Of a stretch of 64,000 bases of DNA, positions 13,332 through 23,211 are shown piece by piece (positions within the stretch are counted from its first letter, which is position 1; each line of letters starts with the position of its first letter). Made by a program: the position numbers and the translations under genes. Under the pieces are notes generated by a model that was given only the letters and a program-made list of their open reading frames with translations, did not search any database and had not been told where the DNA came from. The DNA is from Oikopleura dioica (Eukaryota; Animalia; Chordata): NCBI GenBank assembly GCA_907165135.1, contig OU015567.1, positions 15,996,001 to 16,060,000 on the forward strand, in the 5' to 3' direction.

Positions 13332-14373
13332 GATATATTATATATCCCATTTAGAGATACTCGATTCCGATTGACATGTGGGCAGTAGGAGCTATTTTCG
13401 CGGAGATAGCGACGCTGAGAGCACTGTTTGCCGGAGACTCCGAGATTGATCAGTTATACAGGATCTTCAGGATTCTAGGAACACCCTCGAACAGGGTTTG
13501 GAAGGGCGTAGAAAGCTTCAAGGACTGGAAGGAGGGCTTCCCCAAGTGGGAAGGCAGCGGAATCCCTTTTGACGAGAACTGGCCCATCTGCGAGCAAGGA
13601 AAAGACCTTCTTCGCAAGTTCCTGATTTACGATCCAGCGAGCCGACTCAGCGCTAAAGCTGCGCTCAACCACCCCTACTTTCAAAAGTAAGTCAACTAAT
13701 CATCTGCTCATTGTGGTAGGACCTCTTCATTGACTTCAAAATATGCGATGTTTCTGAAATTATTCCCATGCTCAATTAAATTCTATTTGCTCAGCATGAT
13801 AGGCTGATTCTAAAGATAATTTTTAGTATAATCTCAAGTTGAGATTATAAACAGAGACACTGTTTTATATATGCTGTCAAACTGGAGAGTCTATGTTCCC
13901 GAACCACAGTTTTGGTCCCCCAGGGTACCAGACCGTAGCTTACGGTCTCATCGTTTTCTAGGGGTGTAGGGGGGCCCAGTTCTGCAGCAGAACCTGGTTC
14001 TGCAAATTGCAGAAATGATTCTGTAAATACAGAACCTGGTTCTGCAGTCAGAGTTTCTGTGCGCTCCGCGCCTGTCTTGAAGAAACTTCAAGATTATGAC
14101 AAGTCAGAACAAACATGCAAGCCTTATTTAACGTGCTGATACTGAGGAAATTCAAATAATATCAATTTTAAAATCTGACTGCAGAACCAGATTCTGCATT
14201 TACAGAAACCGGTTCTGCATTTGCAGAACCTGGTTCTGGCAGAACCGGGCCGCCCGCCACCCTTTTCTAGAGGGTTCGAAAGCAAAAATATTTAACTGTC
14301 AGTTACCTGTAATTCTAGCTTCGAGCCGCCGTACAAATCGAAAATCATGAAGAACGTAACGAATATTCACTGA
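10560..14373 (+). CDS. CDK1: Cyclin-dependent kinase 1 paralog with a PSTSIRE motif
   Basis: Predicted exons 10560-10631, 12284-12320, 12642-12737, 12779-12954, 13009-13206, 13355-13686 and 14319-14373. They give [43 protein letters not shown] and [14 protein letters not shown]. The last exon is less certain. Confidence 0.9.
10680..11230. mobile_element. 551-bp foldback MITE with 9-bp TSD (Mutator-like) in CDK1 intron 1
   Basis: Inverted arms of ~130 bp starting GGGTGCGCGTCGATCG...CGATCGACGCGCACCC; TSD TCTATCGTC at 10671-10679 and 11231-11239. Confidence 0.88.
11240..11370. mobile_element. Small MITE with GCTTCATTT/AAATGAAGC subterminal motifs, right end interrupted by the next element
   Basis: Inverted ends CGGGAAGGCTTCATTT / AAAATGAAGCCTACCCG, preceded by the perfect 20-bp palindrome GTATACCGTATACGGTATAC (11240-11259). 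Confidence 0.55.
11375..12233. mobile_element. 859-bp TIR element with 8-bp TSD in CDK1 intron 1
   Basis: Near-perfect 28-bp TIR CTGGGGTCGGCGACCCATCTTTCAAATA...TATTTGAAAGATGGACCGCCGACCCCAG; TSD CCCGTCGT at 11367-11374 and 12234-12241; AAAGATGGG/CCCATCTTT subterminal arrays; central block of CTCAGG repeats. Confidence 0.9.
12305..12641. mobile_element. 337-bp TIR element inserted in a CDK1 coding exon; predicted to form intron 12321-12641
   Basis: TIR CTGGCCTCGGCATTCTGTA...TACAGGATGCCGAGGCCAG (18/19 match); TSD CTGATAAG (12297-12304) / CTGACAAG (12642-12649). It contains a nested right-end fragment of the CCCATCTTT family ending CCCCAG at ~12543. Confidence 0.85.
13260..13345. repeat. (TA)n AT-rich microsatellite in a CDK1 intron
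   Basis: Almost pure TA run with interspersed TGA/TCA. Confidence 0.9.
13962..14262. mobile_element. 301-bp MITE with ~90-bp imperfect TIRs and 8-bp TSD in the last CDK1 intron
   Basis: GGGTG...CACCC ends, repeated GGTTCTGCA/TGCAGAACC motifs, TSD TTTTCTAG at 13954-13961 and 14263-14270. Confidence 0.8.
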
Positions 14374-14636
14374 ATACAAAAGTATTTACTGTATCACTAC
14401 TATCTCACAAAAACAGTATAATCTCACAAAAATTCAGATGAATTCTATCCTAGTTAAGACTTTCACATTCCTATATTTGACTGCCATTAATCCACATGTA
14501 TCCACACCTTTTGTCCTCACCACCGTGGAACCTAGGATCTTCCTGCCAAGATGTTATTTTCTGAAATATAATCGATTTATTTTTAGAGCTGAATCCGCGC
14601 TGATGCCAGGTTAACTATCGATGCTTCTTGCTCAAG

Positions 14637-15009
14637 ATGGGCCTAATCAAGACGACTTGCAATGAACTGGTCAGACTATATTGGTCTAGTCGCTGCGTCA
14701 GACTAGTTTTCGCTCTCATTCAAATATGCGCCGTCACCATTATAAGGTATCCCGTGTCATATTTATAGATCGGCTTGATTAGAATTTGTAAAAAAATAAA
14801 TAAATTGAATTAGCTTCACGATCCAATGCCAGCTCGACGGAATTCCGATTTTCACCGAAATCTCAATCTTCGACCTGTTGCGCTTTGTAGCGGAGTACCA
14901 CTTACGCTCGGTGAAAAACTTTCTGTTCCAAGTACGCTACTGGAGTTACTACAACGAAGATGGCTTGCTCGTAGTGAACGTGCCCAGCTCGCTTCCGCGC
15001 ATGTGCTGA
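14637..15009 (+). CDS. Small two-exon orphan protein (101 aa) with one hydrophobic segment
   Basis: Exon 14637-14746 (MGLIKTTCNELVRLYWSSRCVRLVFALIQICAVTII), intron GTATCC...AATTAG, exon 14814-15009 (FTIQCQLDGIPIFTEISIFDLLRFVAEYH...LPRMC*). The phases match, and a TTTTTAG acceptor lies upstream at ~14586. Confidence 0.55.
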
Positions 15010-15751
15010 TCCGACAAATTAAAATGCCCGTTTTCGATTCTCGCCTTTCACTTTCAACTTCATTTGCATATAACTCTTTCATTCTTGTTCGTCTTTTGTG
15101 TTTCAAAAATTTCCATCTTCTCGGAAAAAGCTATCTTCAGTTCAACGCAAAATAATATTTCAATGGGGATAATATGTACCCAGCTAAATAGGAAGTCCCT
15201 AAATTCATCCTCGATCTTCATGCAAGGGTCTTCTAGTTCATCCCGCCCGCGCAGCCTCTTCCGTTTATGAGCAAATCTGGAAAGTCAAGATAGCCTCTCA
15301 TAGCTGGTTGGTACGCACGTCGATTACTTTTCTTGTTTATTTAAGATAAAACAATGACTTCTGCGTGGGCGAGATGAAGTAAGGGACCCATGAACCAAGT
15401 TAGAGGATGAACAAGGGGAGCCCCCATTTTATTCATGTAGATTCAGATTCCTTCGAAAATCGGCAACTCCCAACACTCATAGAAATCCTTTAAAATCAAT
15501 GATCTTAACGCTTTTCTCAGGCTGCTTTCTGATCTTGTACAAAAATACACATCTCCTCTAATACTTGCCCTTTTCCAATTTTCTCGATGACAATTTCAAT
15601 AAAAAGAATTCTCCAAAATCCTCTCGAAAATTAAAGTATTCAATTGGAATAATGATCTCGCATTCTTTTTCTAGTTGGATTAATTTCATGTCAGGAATAG
15701 AATAAAGAATATCTCGCAGAGACTGTAAGAGCTTTTAAAGCAAATGTTTAA

Positions 15752-16498
15752 GGGACCTGGGCGAGCAGCGCTGAGCCAAACTTCACGCGCTCGCCGTTCT
15801 TCTTAGAAATAAGATTTTTTGAAATTTCTTTTTGTAAATTATATCTCCAAATCTTCAGCTTTCTTTTCCGATTCTTAGTTTTTCTCTATCATTCTTGGTT
15901 GATGAGCTAGCGAGAAAATGAGAAGCCCAACTTCAAAAGGCATCAAGTCTTGCAGACTAAATTTTTTCTTCATGAAACTAGCACCATTGAAAAGAGCGTT
16001 AAATTCTGAACAGATCCCACTCCATCAGCTAAACTCAATCTGTACATACTGGAGATAGAGGCCAGATAAACAAGATAACTTAGCGCCCGCGCAGCGGGAA
16101 TTATGTCCAGGAAGCCCAAAATAGCTAAATCGGAGCGTCCAGCCGCGCCGCGACCAGCTGCGCGCGCTAAGTAATTTTCTTAATCTGGCCTTACACGCCA
16201 ATAAGTACGGACTTAGTTTAGCTGATGGAGTGGAATCTGTTCAGAATTAAACGCTCTTTTCAATGGTGCTAGTTTCATGAAGAATAAATTTAGTCTGCAA
16301 GACTTGATGCCTTTTGAAGTTGGGCTTCTCATTTTCTCGCTAGCTCATCAACCAAGAATGATAGAGAAAAACTAAGAATCGGAAAAGAAAGCTGAAGATT
16401 TGGAGATATAATTTACAAAAAGAAATTTCAAAAAATCTTATTTCTAAGAAGAACGGCGAGCGCGTGAAGTTTGGCTCAGCGCTGCTCGCCCAGGTCCC
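15752..16498. mobile_element. 747-bp foldback element with TTAA target duplication and GGG...CCC ends (Kolobok-like)
   Basis: Inverted arms of ~340 bp, nearly identical over the outer ~250 bp; TTAA at 15748-15751 and 16499-16502; purine-purine 5' end. Confidence 0.85.
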
Positions 16499-16548
16499 TT
16501 AAATCTGAAATTCAGTATTTAGGTCAATTAATGTATTCGCTAGATTCA

Positions 16549-18877
16549 CTAGATTATCAGAGAGAGAAGAAGATACGCAGCGCTGAGAATTTCAGTAACA
16601 GCAGAGCTAGTAGAAGTAGTAGTTGATGCAGTAGTAGTAGAGCCTTGCTCCCCACAAATCACTCCTCCGTCGACATGGCTGCAAGTTTCTCCAGCCGCGC
16701 AAAAGTCAAGATCGCAAACATCGACGCAGATTTCTCGAAGGGGATTCGTTGGCACGTAAAGATATCCCGGGCTAGAGAAAATTAACTCAGACTTACGGAC
16801 TCGATCATTAATGATAACTTACGCGCAGTCACACTCTCCATTCTCCTTTTCAACGAGAGGGTCCCTACAGCCGCAGTATGATTTCCCCCCGCTCATTTTG
16901 CATGCTCGACCGTTTCCATAGCAAGGCTCACAGTCGTCGAGAGGGGTCGATCTATCAGTTTCCCGCATGTCTTCAATTGATGCTTGAACAATGAGAGTGT
17001 CATGCTTTGTCTAAAATTGGCTGCTTTCTTGATGAATTTTGAGTAATATTTAGCTTTTAGTCACGTTCATAGTAGCCATGCTGATTCGTAAATAAATCAA
17101 AGTGAGAAATGAAGCCTTCTCGCCCATATCCTTTCGGGCTGGTTTCTCCTGTCGGCATTTCCCAGTTGTTTCCATCTTCAATTCTGGTCACGTAGCTCCA
17201 CTGGTTGTCCATCCGCTCGAGAACGTTTGGATTTTGATCGCGGGCAAAAATTTTGAAGAACTGGTCCATGAACGGCCAGAAAAGCTCTTCGTTATCGTTT
17301 GAAGCGTTGCTCAGGTACAAGTACGCAGAAGAGTAGGTCTTCCTTGTTTGCTTGGCGAACCAAACCCATCGAATTTTGAACGCATGCCCCGTCGGCGCGA
17401 ACATCACATCACTCCAGAACGAGTTCTCCGCTATTTCGAGATAATCAATTTCTCCGCCATTCGCTGCCATTTCTGCCGCTTCTACAGCGCGCTTGGCAGC
17501 ATCAAATTTTTCTCGGACATTTTCAATAACGAAACCATAGGGGCGGCAGGGCGCTTCTTGGATAGAAAAATCATCAATGGCTGCAAGATCCTTTCCTTCG
17601 TAGTTTATCCGGACCTTGAATTTGGACTGCTTTGGTTTGAAGTTGTACTGGTTGTAGCGCCATTTCCCCCCGCTTGCTTCGATCTTGAATGAATCTTGCT
17701 GTTGATCCAGCTCTCCGTAGTCCTCCGTAGCCGACCAGAACTCAACGCTGAGATTGCCCTCTTTGAAATTGCTCCAGATGACGACGCATTGATCTTCGCT
17801 TGCATAATGGTTGAACACACGTGAAACAAGACTACTCGCTCCATCTGTGTAAAGAAACCTTCCAGAGTCGATCACATCTCCGGAAGCGTCTAAATCAGGA
17901 AGTTCCAAATCTTCCGTCGAGATGTCTTCAATTTGCCCGATGACAGATTGCGAAGCAACATCATAATGAGTCCATTTGTCTTCACCAAGGTGCTCATTGA
18001 CGAAACCGCAGATGTTGAACTCGTTAAAATTGCAATTGAAAGTTTTTCGAAGTGGGTTGTCGCAGTAGTACAATTTGTTGATTCGCTCAGCGTCCAGCGG
18101 GGAGAAAGTTTTTCTTTGCCCGAGAACTGGCGTAAAATATTCAATTCTGAAGCAATGTTCATTGATTATTTCGCGAAAGATTTTTTCACCTCGGGACCAG
18201 CGTTGGTTTATCCGCAACATTGAAGGAATATGCGCTGTAGTGCATAATAGAATCGTAAGCATAAGGAGTGTCAACGGGAGAAACATACTCCAGATCGTAC
18301 TTATTGAAATTGTGTTCTTTTCCCTCCTGAACTTGTTCCAAGTCGAGAAAGATGTAGTCGTCCCGATCGGGGCGTGACTGCTCGTGGTAGATTCCAAGAG
18401 CATGCATCAACTCGTGCTCGATTGTGACGGACCACTCACATCCGCTCCCGATGGAGACATTCTGCTGAGACGGATAGACATGCCCAACGTAGCTCCAGCA
18501 TCCCCCAAGAGGGTAAATCGAAATAAAATCATCTTCACCTTCCCATGGCTTAAAAGACACGCACGTGCGGAGTTCGTATTCGATCAATGACTCGAGATAC
18601 TCGCCCCGCGCTTTCAGGTTCATTGCGGAGGAAAGTTCAACTGGAATCGGAAGCTTCCACCTAAAAGATTTTATAAGGGTCCGAACGTTGTCATCAAGCA
18701 CCTGTAATATTCATCGTTTAGTGTAGATCGCAAGTTACCAGAAGCATAGGCACTTCTCATTATATCCCCATCTCTTAGGTCGATACCGGCTCTCTCATTA
18801 GCCTCTTCAATCGTGATGTCATCGACGTCGACGACGTTATTTGCACCAAATGCAGCGCCAAGTAGAAAAACCTTCAT
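16549..18877 (-). CDS. Meprin-like astacin metalloprotease (astacin, MAM, MATH/TRAF, Cys-rich EGF-like region, hydrophobic C-terminal anchor)
   Basis: HELMHALGIYHEQSRPDRD zinc motif, Met-turn SIMHY, MAM (CNFNEFNICGF...AAIDDFSI), MATH (WPFMDQ...FISHFDL), Cys-rich exons, Thr/Ser linker and hydrophobic tail. Confidence 0.9.
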
Positions 18878-19260
18878 TTTCTGCTTGAATGGACCCGAGT
18901 TGAGCTGCTTTCAGAACTCGCTATTTGTGTATTGAGCAAATTTGCTTGAAGTACCAAACAAACGAAATGCCCGCAATTTGTTTCTTTATTGGACTTTAAA
19001 ATGCGTGTTTGACTTTCAAATCAGTGTTTCCTCAAAGATGTGCTCAATTTTTGAAGAAGTTTTATCAAAATAGACCAGATTCTCCAGTTCGTCTAAATAG
19101 CTAGAAATTTCTAGTGATTACGTCGATTTCACGAAAGCTGCCGATTTTACGATCATTGATCGTCGTTTGGCTTTGATTAGAACTTTTAATCTCTTCACAC
19201 CCATTTACGAGCACCGGCTGAATCCAGCGAGGTTTTAATTATTTGAAATCAACGGTCAAA

Positions 19261-22200
19261 ATGAGGATTATTTTGATTTTTAATATCGTCAGTGAGATAT
19301 GCGGACAGAGGGTGACTCCGGATCCGAAAGAGTTGGACGTGAGGTTAATGGATGGGCCAACAGGAAATGAAGGCAGAATCGAGATTTTTGTAAGTTTAGT
19401 GTCTGAAGATCATATTTATGTCATAAATTTTATGATAAAATATACATTGATCTTAGCAAAAAACGAGTCTAGGGCCTCTCACCCGAAAATGGGTCGATGA
19501 GCGTTCCGGGAAAAACTATTTCATTCGTTCCAGCCCTAAATGGTATATGTTGATTCGGAGGTATCTTGCCTAGTCATTCGGTAGTTCGAAACCGGAAACA
19601 GGGGAATAATTAATTCCTCAAAAAATATAGTTTTGAAAATATTAATAGATTCGTTGTTTTATTGGAGGCGCGTTTCGATTACAAAAAGGCCTTCATCATC
19701 CCTAGTACAGAAATTAACTTTACAGCTTAGAAAAAGGAAGAATGCTCTCACCTAAGAGTCGACAATTTCGAATGAGAACGGAAGAGTATTCTTCCTTTTT
19801 CTGAGCTGTAAAGTTAATATCAGTACTAGGGCTGATGAAGGCATTTTTGTAGCCGAGACGCGTCCCCAATAAAAACAACGAATCTATTATTATGAGAGGT
19901 CAATTATAAGACAATTTTAAAATATTGATTTTCGAGTATTTTTTTAGGATATTTTTAATACAAAAAAGGGATGAAGAGTTTTAGAGTAAAAATGTCCAAA
20001 ACACTATTGCTAACTAACAATAAAATCTAATAAATGGCTACAAATATCTTAAGCACGACGGAGAATGGGGAACGGTGTGCGATGACAGCTTCTCCACCGA
20101 GCTTGGTCACGTTTTCTGTCGTATGGCTGGTTACACTGGCGCTATCCGCTACCATCATTCTGCCCGATATGGCCGCGGCGACGGACCAATCTGGATCGAC
20201 GAGCCTTCTTGCATTGGATCGGAGATGAATGTAATGAACTGTACGTGGACGAACAAGTGGGGCGAGACAGACTGCGAGCACCACGAAGATGTATCCGTAG
20301 AGTGTAGTCCCGAGCGAATTCCTGGCTGGGACATGCTCAAGCTAAAGAACGCTCAAGCAGTACTTGAAAATGACGATTTTAAATTGAGATTGAAACCTCT
20401 CTTTCGCCATAGGCGCAACTCAATCAGCGAGAAAGGCTTCATCACCGCCGGTTTTCTTGAGCACTTTTCGAAGCGAGACAATAAATGGTACCGAGTCTGC
20501 GCGGATGGTTGGTCTCACGCGAACTCCAGGGTCGCATGTGGTCAGTTAGGTTTCTCAAGCTTCAACGAATTCGACTACGGAGGCTACACACGAGGCGAGC
20601 GTCTCCGGCGAAGTCAATTCGGCCTCAAAGACGTGACTTGCGATGGGAGTGAGAACAATCTCCAGTGGTGCGAAAAAATTGAGCTCGGCCAAAATCACAG
20701 AGATTGCACATCGCACCAGCCGGTTGTCCTTCAATGCAAACCAGGACGGCATTACACGGATAGAATAACCCTCACAGATCAACATGTAGACAATATGTTC
20801 ACGCGAAGCAGACAGCCGGAAGGCCTTCGTGTCAGGCTGAAGTCCGGAGGGAACCTTGGGTCCGGAAGAGTCGAGGTAATGATCAATTCGGAATGGGGCA
20901 CTGTTTGCCACAACGGTTGGTCAGTCCTGTCCGCCAACGTTGTCTGCCGACAGCTAGGTAATTTCTTTTAACAAGAAAAACCGATTAATTCGAATTTCTT
21001 TTAAGGATTTGGAACAGCAAAACATGCCTTCTCGAACTCGGAATTTGGAAATGGCCATGGGCCTGTTTTTGGTCCGATGTCAACTGTACTGGCCACGAGA
21101 CGAACATATTCAAATGCCAAAAGACGGAGCTGGACATCAATATTTCCGCATACCAATTGAGGATGCGCGAAAGTTGTAATCACGGACACGATGTTTCTGT
21201 TATCTGCAATACACCCAAGATTGAAGAGAAAGCGGAATTGAATATAAGGTAGGATATCGAAGAAAACACAAAAGAACAATTTCATATAATGTAGGCTTGT
21301 TAATGGTCGTCACATGCGTGAAGGAAGAGTTGAAGTTCAAATGAATCGTAAATGGGGAGCCATTTGCTCCGATGACTTCTCAATGGCGAACGCGATTGTT
21401 CTTTGTCGCCAGTTGGGCTTCGGTCACCCTCATCAATTCATCCAAGACTTGGCCTATTGGGCAGCAGCTGATGATGCAGAAGACAGAGCAATCCTTACCG
21501 GTCTTAAATGCAAAGGCGATGAATATCACATCGAAGAATGCGAAATTTCGTCATCAGAGAGATGTGGAAAAAAGTCAAAAACTCCATTCGTCGGAATCGT
21601 TTGCAACGAGCGATCAGCTGATTTAATCGTTGACACGGTCCTTCTCGAACAGAGTCTTCATATCAATCGACGATCGACCGGGCAACTTCAATGTGCTGCC
21701 GAGGAAAACTGTTTGTCAGACACTGCCTACCTTCCAGAGTATCATCAAACTCAGTACTGGGATCCATACCGAGAGCGAATGCTTCTCAGATTTTCAACGC
21801 GTGTTTGGAATCGAGGAACTGCCGATTTTTTGCCAAAATCTGCCAGGTATACGCGAAAAAAAATAAGCAGAGATAAAGATAGAATTCAAGGACAAATTGG
21901 GACTGGCACGCATGTCACGGACACTACCACTCGATGGAGCGATTTATTGACTACGATCTTATGCATCTGAATAGGACGAAAGTCGCTCAAGGACACAAGG
22001 CTTCTTTTTGTCTCGAAGACAATGACTGCGAAGGGGAAGCTTCGAGAAGATACGACTGTGACAATGTTGGAGGAGGAAATCAAGGGATATCGATGGGTTG
22101 TGCCGATACATATCTTTATACGCTTGGTATGTTCATTTCAAATAGATCAGTGCGGTTATGTAAGAGTTTCGTCTTTTTGCGTCTTCTATATATTCTACTT

Positions 22201-22775
22201 TTGTTTCTGGTCTGTTTTTTTTCGAATAAACCTAACCCAAAAACGCGATTAGGGAGTGTAGATTAGAGAAAAACACGTTTTTTGGTTTCTGAAATAAATT
22301 TTAGAAATATAAACTATTTACTAGATTGCCAGTGGATCGACATCACTGACGTTCCTCCCGGTGAATACCTTTTGCGGCTACACGTCAACCCGGAAATGAA
22401 TGTTTCCGAGACAGACTATTACAACAATATCGCTGTTTGCAACATTATTTACGAAAATTCGGCAGGGCAGCTTCGGCTCTACGCATTCAACTGTCATATT
22501 CCAGGTTACAATGTCTTTTGTTATTTAAAATATAATTGCGATTTCAGACGACTATGAAGGACGATATATTACTCAATTTTACACTGAAAGGGCATTTGTT
22601 GGTAAGATTGTTTTTTCAATAGACTATTAATATAATGATTATATATTTTAAAAATTACATTTCTTTATTAGCTTTCCGCCTTCTTCAGTCCTTCAGTGAT
22701 GTAAATATGAATCTAAGGAGGATTTTTTGCATCACTCAGGCACTGAAGGAGACGAGAAAGCGAAAAATTTATTAA
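19261..22775 (+). CDS. Lysyl oxidase-like protein with four SRCR domains (LOXL2/3/4-type)
   Basis: Signal peptide; SRCR motifs (GRIEIF|[17 protein letters not shown]...WGTVC...ANVVCRQLG); LOX Cu-binding [13 protein letters not shown]; KASFCLED; [10 protein letters not shown]. The C-terminal end is tentative. Confidence 0.9.
19643..19889. mobile_element. ~247-bp foldback MITE in LOXL intron 1
   Basis: Imperfect inverted arms of ~105 bp, TAATAGATTCGTTGTTTTTATTGG...CCAATAAAAACAACGAATCTATTA, with TA at both ends. Confidence 0.7.
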
Positions 22776-23062
22776 CTCGTCAACTCAAAATATTTGTACA
22801 AGTATTTAAGGACGAAGAACTGGCTATGCGCGTGGAGAAACCCGAACCTAATCGCATTAGTTTTGTAAATTTCTTTTATGTAGATTCGCAGCAAAATATA
22901 CTTCTTCAACTCAAACTTTTTCATTATTTGATGTCAAGTCATGTCAGTATTTTAGTTTCTTAAGTTAATAAAAGGATCTTTCAGCAATAATTTCTATTTA
23001 GCACTGTGTTGTAAGTTATAGTCGATAATATGCAGCCATTCTTTGAGAATTCAACGCACCTA

Positions 23063-23095
23063 GTAACCATGAAACGCGCCGGGCGCCATGGCAAC
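23063..23095 (+). promoter_or_regulatory. Tandem RFX X-box motifs upstream of the axonemal dynein gene
   Basis: GTAACCATGAAAC (23063-23075) and GGCGCCATGGCAAC (23082-23095) match the established X-box consensus GTNRCC(N)RGYAAC of ciliary genes, 120-150 bp upstream of the ATG. Confidence 0.75.
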
Positions 23096-23211
23096 ACGTC
23101 AAAGTTTGCTGAGCAGGATTGAGAGGCACCCTTCGAATCTCATTTGTTCGAATAAAAAGAGAACTTGCTTTGGGGGAAATTTCTCAAGTGAAATTCTGAA
23201 GTAGATACAAA

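Noticed and set aside
15040-15730. Minus-strand ORF-like fragments between the orphan gene and the foldback element
   Set aside because: Interrupted by stops, with no consistent splice model or recognisable motif.
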